DNA of 63,635 nucleotides, the filler included, from Aduncisulcus paluster (taxonomy: Eukaryota), in NCBI GenBank assembly GCA_024181965.1. It is 8 parts of 8 records of this genome, joined end to end, with 100 filler letters (N's around TTAATTAATTAA, not from the genome) between each part and the next. Parts side by side here need not be neighbours in the genome. Positions count along the whole stretch, not along the records: positions 56,663 to 63,635 come from BQXS01011802.1; 7 more parts are not named here. One strand, written 5' to 3'. The notes below the pieces were generated by a model. The model had not been told where the DNA came from, made no database searches, and saw nothing but the letters and a program-made list of their open reading frames with translations. Below are positions 56,852 through 63,635 of the stretch, in pieces. Within the stretch, counting starts at the first letter, position 1. Each line of letters starts with the position of its first letter. Both the position numbers and the translations under genes were made by a program.

Positions 56852-59800
56852 TCAACACAATAAAACGTGCAAAATGGATGAAATAATTAGAACGCTCAAA
56901 AACCAAAACCCATAGGTCGCGTATTTAAGATCAAACTTCGAAAAAACGTTCATAGATCTGCATGTAAAGTCATCAAATTTGTTGGCAATCTCGTCTTGAA
57001 GAATGAAATATTGTTCAAAATACCCATTGCCAGGTACATCTGAAGAAGACCAGCGGTGTGATACCCGACAAGCACAATTATCGGTGATGGATGTGCATTG
57101 AGAAACAGTTGAGGAAGTATCAGTGTACTCACAAGAATAGTATGTATCTGGGACATTTTCGGAAATAACAAGAATGAAATTATACGCCTCAAGAGAATAA
57201 ACAGATATTTTGACAGTCTCATCAGAGCCAACGCATTCAGAGGACACAGTTCCTTCGAAGTAATTTGCAGATATAGTAACACCCTGTTCACTCAGCTTAA
57301 CAACATTCGGAAGGGAAGAAGGGATAAACTCGAAGAAAGTTTCGGGTCCATCGGTGAAATATCCACTAACTCTTCGGAATATCCCATTTTTAAGCAAAAA
57401 GTAAGATATTACTGGGGAAATGACATCAACCGTGGCAACAAAATCATCTTGGTCAATTGAGAATGATACCAGACTCTGTTGGTCAGTGTTCGAAGATAAT
57501 ATAACATTCGCCCCTAATTTCGTCATTGCCATGAGTTCAAGACCATGCACAATACTGGTCCTAAACATATCTATCAGACTATTATACTCAAATGATAGAA
57601 AACTATTTCCAACGACCATATCTGTGTGTGCAATCGAATTGTTTGTTTCAACGTCAACGAACAGAGGCTTTGTCAGGGCAACAACTTGATTTAAAGACGG
57701 ATATGTCAGAAATGGAGGGGAGACAAGGGACGAATATGGACTGTATTTTGTTGCAACATACCAAGACCTACCGGCTATGAAAAAGTCCATATCACTCATT
57801 GGAGAAGCAGGGAAGAAGATGGACAAATAATGATCTGATATCTCAGTCTCCAAAGAAGTGATTGTTTGAAGAACGACATACCGAAACAGAGATAATTGAG
57901 TCATATAAAAGGTATAGAAGGGCGATAGACGATTCAAATATTCACCAACAATCATTTCTTGCTCTGTTCCGTAGCGTTGCTCACTACTGAGCTCATCATA
58001 CGTGAGATTGCCGGAAAAGAAGTCAGATATCTCTTCATACACCTCATATGAGACCAGAGACAAGTCTGTAATGGCAGCTGGAGAGTCGATTAACACTTGG
58101 GGTGTCACATATATGGAACTGGAGTCAAATAGTTTAGATCCTTTTTGTAGATAAAAGAGATATTGTCCTTCTTCATCCAAGTCGTTCACAGAGAACACCC
58201 CGGCATCTTCTTGTTCGCTTTCAGATAACAATCCAACCTGCGAAAACTTATTATATCCATGGCAGATAGGATAATCTTTATATTCCTCAACAAAAGGGGT
58301 GTATGGGAGATATTCCGAGAAGAAAGAGGCGATATACGGATTGGGCGTGCATGTCGTCACATCTGAGGAAGAAGAGGAAGGGTACTGGATGGTCTGCATA
58401 TCGTAGCGAGAGAGCACGAGAACATCAATGATACCGTAATCATTCTCACTCCAAAAATAGGTCGTCTCAACAGAAATCGGAGTGGCCATCGAAGATTCTT
58501 CACTGTCGACGGTTGAAGGAGCTCTAAATGTTCTAGTAGAAAATATACCCTGAGATATCCCCCCATNNNNNNNNNNNNNNNNNNNNGGCGATATACGGAT
58601 TGGGCGTGCATGTCGTCACATCTGAGGAAGAAGAGGAAGGGTACTGGATGGTCTGCATATCGTAGCGAGAGAGCACGAGAACATCAATGATACCGTAATC
58701 ATTCTCACTCCAAAAATAGGTCGTCTCAACAGAAATCGGAGTGGCCATCGAAGATTCTTCACTGTCGACGGTTGAAGGAGCTCTAAATGTTCTAGTAGAA
58801 AATATACCCTGAGATATCCCCCCATTAACAGTATCCAGCACAACCTCAGAGAAAGTTACATGGGGATTATCATCTGTGGCTATTTGAAGCCCGTTGAACG
58901 AAGGGTCGAACACCTCAAGCTCATCGATAGACACCCGCATGGGATGAACATGGGCAGTTTCAAGCGTAGGATGGTTGAGAATACTTCCATTGGGTAAAAT
59001 AGCCATCATAAAACTGACGTTAGCAGTCATATCATACGGAAGAGTGGAGAATATCCTGGAAGGAACATAGAAAGGAAGAGAAGGATAGAAAGATGAGAGA
59101 GTGATGTACTGGTTATTGGTCTCTGAAGAGAGTACACCCAAGAATACACCTTCAGGACTGAAAACTACTTTAGAATTACGATAAACACTACGATGAAGAG
59201 TAGGTTCCTGTGTGGTTGTCCCGTACAGAGGCATGTTCTCGTGAATAACACTGAGAGGACAGTCATAAGCACCACCAGTGAGTAAATTCCCATCAGTGTC
59301 ACACCGCCAAGCTATGTTATTCCACATTTTATACGCCAATTCGGCTAAATTGGAGACATAACGAGGCAAATAGTCTGCAGTAATATCGTGAGTCAGCAGG
59401 ACAGTGATTGTTGTAAACACGGGTAAATTGGATGATACAGATATGATAGTTTCAATTGAGAGAGAAGAAGAGGAGGAGGAAGAAGACATTGCGTGTCTCT
59501 TTTCAAAGGCGGATATGGAATCAATATCGAGGGTAACTTCATTCGAAGGGCCTGAATGGTATCTGTATAGTCCTCTGTGATCTTCATACATGTGCGGACG
59601 AATTCTCCACCACGAAAGGTCATGAAGGACAGACTCCACGGCATCCATAATAGGGAGAAACTCATAAGAAAAGCCCATGGAGCAGCTTATGTCGGTGAGG
59701 ATTGATGCATTGGTATCGACTCCTCTGTGGAAATTGTCAGAAGTTGATATCTTGGAACATTGGTTAATAGTAAACAATAACTCAGATCCAGAATTCCTTG

Positions 59801-61559
59801 CAATATACATTTCTTCTTTGGCTTTGTACAACATGGAAAGAATCGAGCACAAACCATCAATGTCCCCATAAATATCCACAACACTCAAGGAGATACGAAC
59901 AGGCATGAGATTATCGCGTTGGAGGATATTTTTCAAGGAGAACATATCGTCATAATTCAAAAAGGCGCCAAGACTTACGTATTGAATGTACAATGGGGAT
60001 GATGTTGCCAGAGGTCTCTGGCTCTTTGATAACTCAAAATCTACCCGTGAAAACTGAGGATTCGACATCATATCAGAAAAAACATCGGCCATGGTCACAG
60101 TCGGATTCACAGATGATCTCAGCAAGGAATATGCAAGCTCCAGAGACTCCTTCCTTCGAGACACAACAGTGGATATCATAGATTCAGTCCCCCATGTATC
60201 ATCGGACATCAAAGAGAAGTAATAACGAACAATCTCACTTGCTAACACACTCTTGTTGGTAACAGTAGCCCTCACCATACCTCCAGAACATGATGTTGAA
60301 GAAGAAGATGTTGAAGAAGAGCTCGTGGAACTGGTGGATGAGCTATCAATATAATCAGAACAAGAAGTCTCAATGTTACTTCCAGAGTACCATGCATGTC
60401 CATCCCACAGACCGTCAGTGGAGACGACCGCGACCAAGTCATCCTCGGTAAGTGGGGAGAGCTTTGAGAGGGCAATGGCAGCAGCCTGGGAGAGGATGAC
60501 ACCCTTAAGTTCTTTGAATTCATCTGGGACATTCATGAACATCGAGAGAGTGCTGTCGAGTTCGACATCGAGAAGAATGACATGACCGGTCCTGACTCCC
60601 ATCTTTGAGGCTCTCATGTACACCATATCATACATGGGGTTGAATGAAAGTCTATCTGCCTCTATGACAGAGGTAATGTTTGTATCATGATAGAACATCC
60701 CTGGATAAACAAGGAGACCTGGGTTCTTCTCAAACACATCAGAGAGATCTCGAGGAAGACTGGAGATGTAGGCATTCTTTGTGAAGGTCACAGAAGAGAA
60801 AGAAGCACTCTCAAATAACTGCTTTATCCCATTCCATGAGAGGGAAGAAGATCCTGAGAAGGCCTGGACAGATTCGTCATCAGAAGGGTAGATAACACGC
60901 AAAAAGGCAGACACGATCGGATCCCTTGCATATTTGGAAGATATTTTAGTGTCTCCATCAGAAGAATTATATAATATTCTGGAGATAGTGTCGTGATTGA
61001 CAAGAATTCTATCAAGCCCATCAAGATCATCATCAGCATATGAAAGAGTGGTATAACTATATAATTCACGTAAATCCATAGATTCCAAATCAATAACATT
61101 CGATGGAGGCGAAGAGGGACTCTGAGTGATTGAAGAGACAAAAGTATCCGAAAGTGGCAAAAAACTTGACGAAGAATCCAATTCTTCATAAAGAACAGAA
61201 ACAAATTCTGAATACATTTCTTTAAATACTTCCCCTGACATATAAAATGAATAACCGACGTGATTTGAGAACGAATTTAGCATGTCTGAAAAAAGAGTTA
61301 CATCCGCGCTAGATGAAGAAATTATTCCCTGATCATTCAAATGATCTTGATACACAGAATGGAGAGTGGTTTCTTCAAAAATTTGTTCGACGTCAACGAG
61401 AAAATCGATGTAATTCATAAATCCGGCAAGGTGCGAAACGGAACTTACTCCTCCGATAATAAACAAAATAAAAATAACTATACATTTTAAATAAATATTC
61501 AAGTTCTGAAATGTCCTAATCTTGTTATTGTAGAATATGGATTGGCAAAATTGTTTCAT
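56852..61559 (-). CDS. Alpha2delta / CACHD1-like VWA + Cache domain type I membrane protein (about 1480 aa)
   Basis: N-terminal hydrophobic signal; YPG...FNPMYDMVY.RA...VILLD...DLVAVV...C.GGMVRATVTNK (VWA_N/VWA pattern); FLGV...AILPNGSILNHP...IDELE and FFP...GRSWY..T...SPPF...VVALTKP...VVG (Cache patterns); C-terminal TM. The split is caused by the duplicate 58328-58566/58587-58825. Confidence 0.72.
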
Positions 61560-61905
61560 AGGAAATTGCAAGGTTTAAGTTAAATATTTCTTTAAAATTA
61601 TTCAGAAGATAGTATTAGAATGGAGGATTAGCCTTCAAAAAAATGAAGAGGTTCCAAAGATCTTGATAACAATTGATGGGAATTTGTATCTCGAATATCA
61701 AATTAAAATCAAATGAAGAAATCATATTTTATAGACAAACAGATATGTAATTAAAATAATATACATTATATTTAAAAAATATCCATTTACTCGATCTATG
61801 GAAACAAATCGATAATTGCAATCAGAATAAAAAATCAAATTACAATATTATCCGGCAATTTCATCAAAAATGTCATCATTGATGATATTAGCAGTACCCA
61901 TTGTT

Positions 61906-63635
61906 CTATTTTTCTCTTTTTGGATCTCCAATTTCAACGAAATATCCCTCCTCACCAAGTATTGGCTCAATTTCGTAGTTTATCACGAGTCGATCTTCCC
62001 ATTGTCTCTCTTGTTCTTCAAGGAACACTTTTGCGTCCCTTTCAACGCCTGGACATGCCCTACACAGCGCTGTATGTATAATATCAACCTCGATTGGACT
62101 CGTCAAACATGATTTCTTCAATAAATCGATCAAAAACCTGATCAATTCGACATTATCCTCGTGTTGCATAATATCTGAATGATTTGAACAACAAATAAGC
62201 AGACTCCCCATAGTTTTCATGGCCAAAGCAGGTTCAGCCAGATCAAGCACAGTGGATAGACACCCACACAGATGAGTAAATACATGTATATCAAAGAATT
62301 TTGCAGAAAGGAAGAAAGTGGCGCAAATCTCACAAATAGCTTCATTGATGACAGGATCATCAATTGACAACACATTTAACATTGCCAACAGACCACAAAC
62401 GACATTAATGTGGATATTCATACATCTTTCATCCGATACAATATGAGCACAGTGAGACTTCCCAATCGTTATACAGCCATAAATTATCTTCATTTTATGG
62501 GCCATGGGAACACATTCAGTGTCACTGAGCTGGACTACTACCTTTAGAGCCTCCAGGATGGTCTCTTGTTGGTCAGAAATAAGAGCTTCTTTAAGAGCCA
62601 TCAGGACACTTTGGACAAGTGCATTTCGATTGATCATGCTGGCCGTCTTCTTTGCCACTTTGTGATGAACACCTGGAGTTACGTGGAGGAAATTGGCAGC
62701 ATCGACAACAATCCAAAAATGTTCAAGAAGTTTTAACATTGGTAAAGAGATTGAATGTGCAAATAACATCGATACAATCAGAGTATTTAGAAATCCCAAA
62801 GCATCATCAAGCAGCTCCATGTCAACGAATTCAGGATTAATGGACAGCAGGGATGATAATCGTTTGTGTCCAGGTGAATCTGAAGAAGACGTGAGCATAA
62901 TGGCACGCTGAACAAGACTTTCTTTGTCTTCTTTCTTCCTCGAATGTCTCACTGACGGCGCCTTACCAACATCCCCATGTACAGTAGGGTGATCAGAGCT
63001 ATTGTCTCTTGAGAACTCAAGACCACTGCCCACGTGAAGCTTCCCTTTCCTCTTTTTCCTTGAAATGAACCTTGATATGATCTGAAACACGACACCCAAA
63101 CACTCCACAGGGATAAATTCATCATTGACAAAGTGCAAGAGCATATGTGCGATATGACAGGCTTCTTTAGGCGATATGGACATTGTATTGTGGCTGATAT
63201 GCATTAGACACTGGCGAATATCCAAAGGAGAAATGTATGAAGCATTGCATGCAAGAAGTCTGACGCTTTTCTGTAAGATAGTCTCCAAGCCAAGGCCTAT
63301 TCGGAATCGTTCAACAGTTCCACGCTGTCCTTGTGAACTTACAGCTCTATTGAGTGTGGATAACAGTGAATCTCTTGACATATCTCGTGGCCAAAATAAC
63401 ATGGTACTCACAGACTCCTCTGCAAACTCCCCCGTCCATTTCTTCAGCTGTCTGACGTTATCTCGACCATAACCCAACACAGGGCCGCTGAGTTTGTTAG
63501 ATATCATATCAACCACGGGTAGAGCGTGTGTCTGTTCTTCTTCCATCTCAGAGAAAGGCGGTTCTCCAAAGATACACAGTATAAGGACACCGAGGGAGAA
63601 CACGTCTGTCGAGCTTCCACATGCACCTGTCGATA
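61906..63635 (-). CDS. ARM/HEAT-like helical repeat protein, 5'-partial
   Basis: The frame appears open to the window edge, with Leu/Val/Cys-rich amphipathic helices. Confidence 0.72.
   Translation of the reverse strand, partial: STGACGSSTDVFSLGVLILCIFGEPPFSEMEEEQTHALPVVDMISNKLSGPVLGYGRDNVRQLKKWTGEFAEESVSTMLFWPRDMSRDSLLSTLNRAVSSQGQRGTVERFRIGLGLETILQKSVRLLACNASYISPLDIRQCLMHISHNTMSISPKEACHIAHMLLHFVNDEFIPVECLGVVFQIISRFISRKKRKGKLHVGSGLEFSRDNSSDHPTVHGDVGKAPSVRHSRKKEDKESLVQRAIMLTSSSDSPGHKRLSSLLSINPEFVDMELLDDALGFLNTLIVSMLFAHSISLPMLKLLEHFWIVVDAANFLHVTPGVHHKVAKKTASMINRNALVQSVLMALKEALISDQQETILEALKVVVQLSDTECVPMAHKMKIIYGCITIGKSHCAHIVSDERCMNIHINVVCGLLAMLNVLSIDDPVINEAICEICATFFLSAKFFDIHVFTHLCGCLSTVLDLAEPALAMKTMGSLLICCSNHSDIMQHEDNVELIRFLIDLLKKSCLTSPIEVDIIHTALCRACPGVERDAKVFLEEQERQWEDRLVINYEIEPILGEEGYFVEIGDPKREK

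Overview
This is AT-rich, gene-dense, intron-poor eukaryotic (protist) DNA in the standard genetic code, not a single locus. Eight contigs or scaffolds are joined by artificial N44-TTAATTAATTAA-N44 spacers. Ten 20-N gaps occur inside scaffolds, and nine are flanked by direct duplications that falsely split or lengthen ORFs. The gene style (Ser/Glu-rich inserts, LRR+Cys-rich surface proteins, short GTATGT..AG introns) suggests a free-living metamonad such as an Aduncisulcus/Carpediemonas-like organism; this is inference only. Recognisable genes are a CH-domain coiled-coil protein, an Rrp5-like S1 protein, a CIB/calcineurin-B-like EF-hand protein, a protein with a C-terminal Schlafen/AlbA_2 domain, a kexin-like S8 protease, a three-domain Trl1-type RNA ligase-kinase-2H phosphodiesterase directly followed by a TrmO tRNA methyltransferase, an LRR/EGF surface protein, a bacterial-like SMI1/KNR4 fragment, a Ty3/Gypsy chromovirus pol fragment, an ArfGAP, a WD40 protein, an LRRC46-like protein and an alpha2delta/CACHD1-like protein. 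The best leads are (1) a possible tRNA cut/modify/repair neighbourhood on one scaffold (Trl1-like ligase, TrmO with a RelE-like tail, AlbA_2 protein) and (2) a duplicated OTU-protease-bearing mobile-element-like unit. All family calls come from reading motifs by eye; no searches were run.
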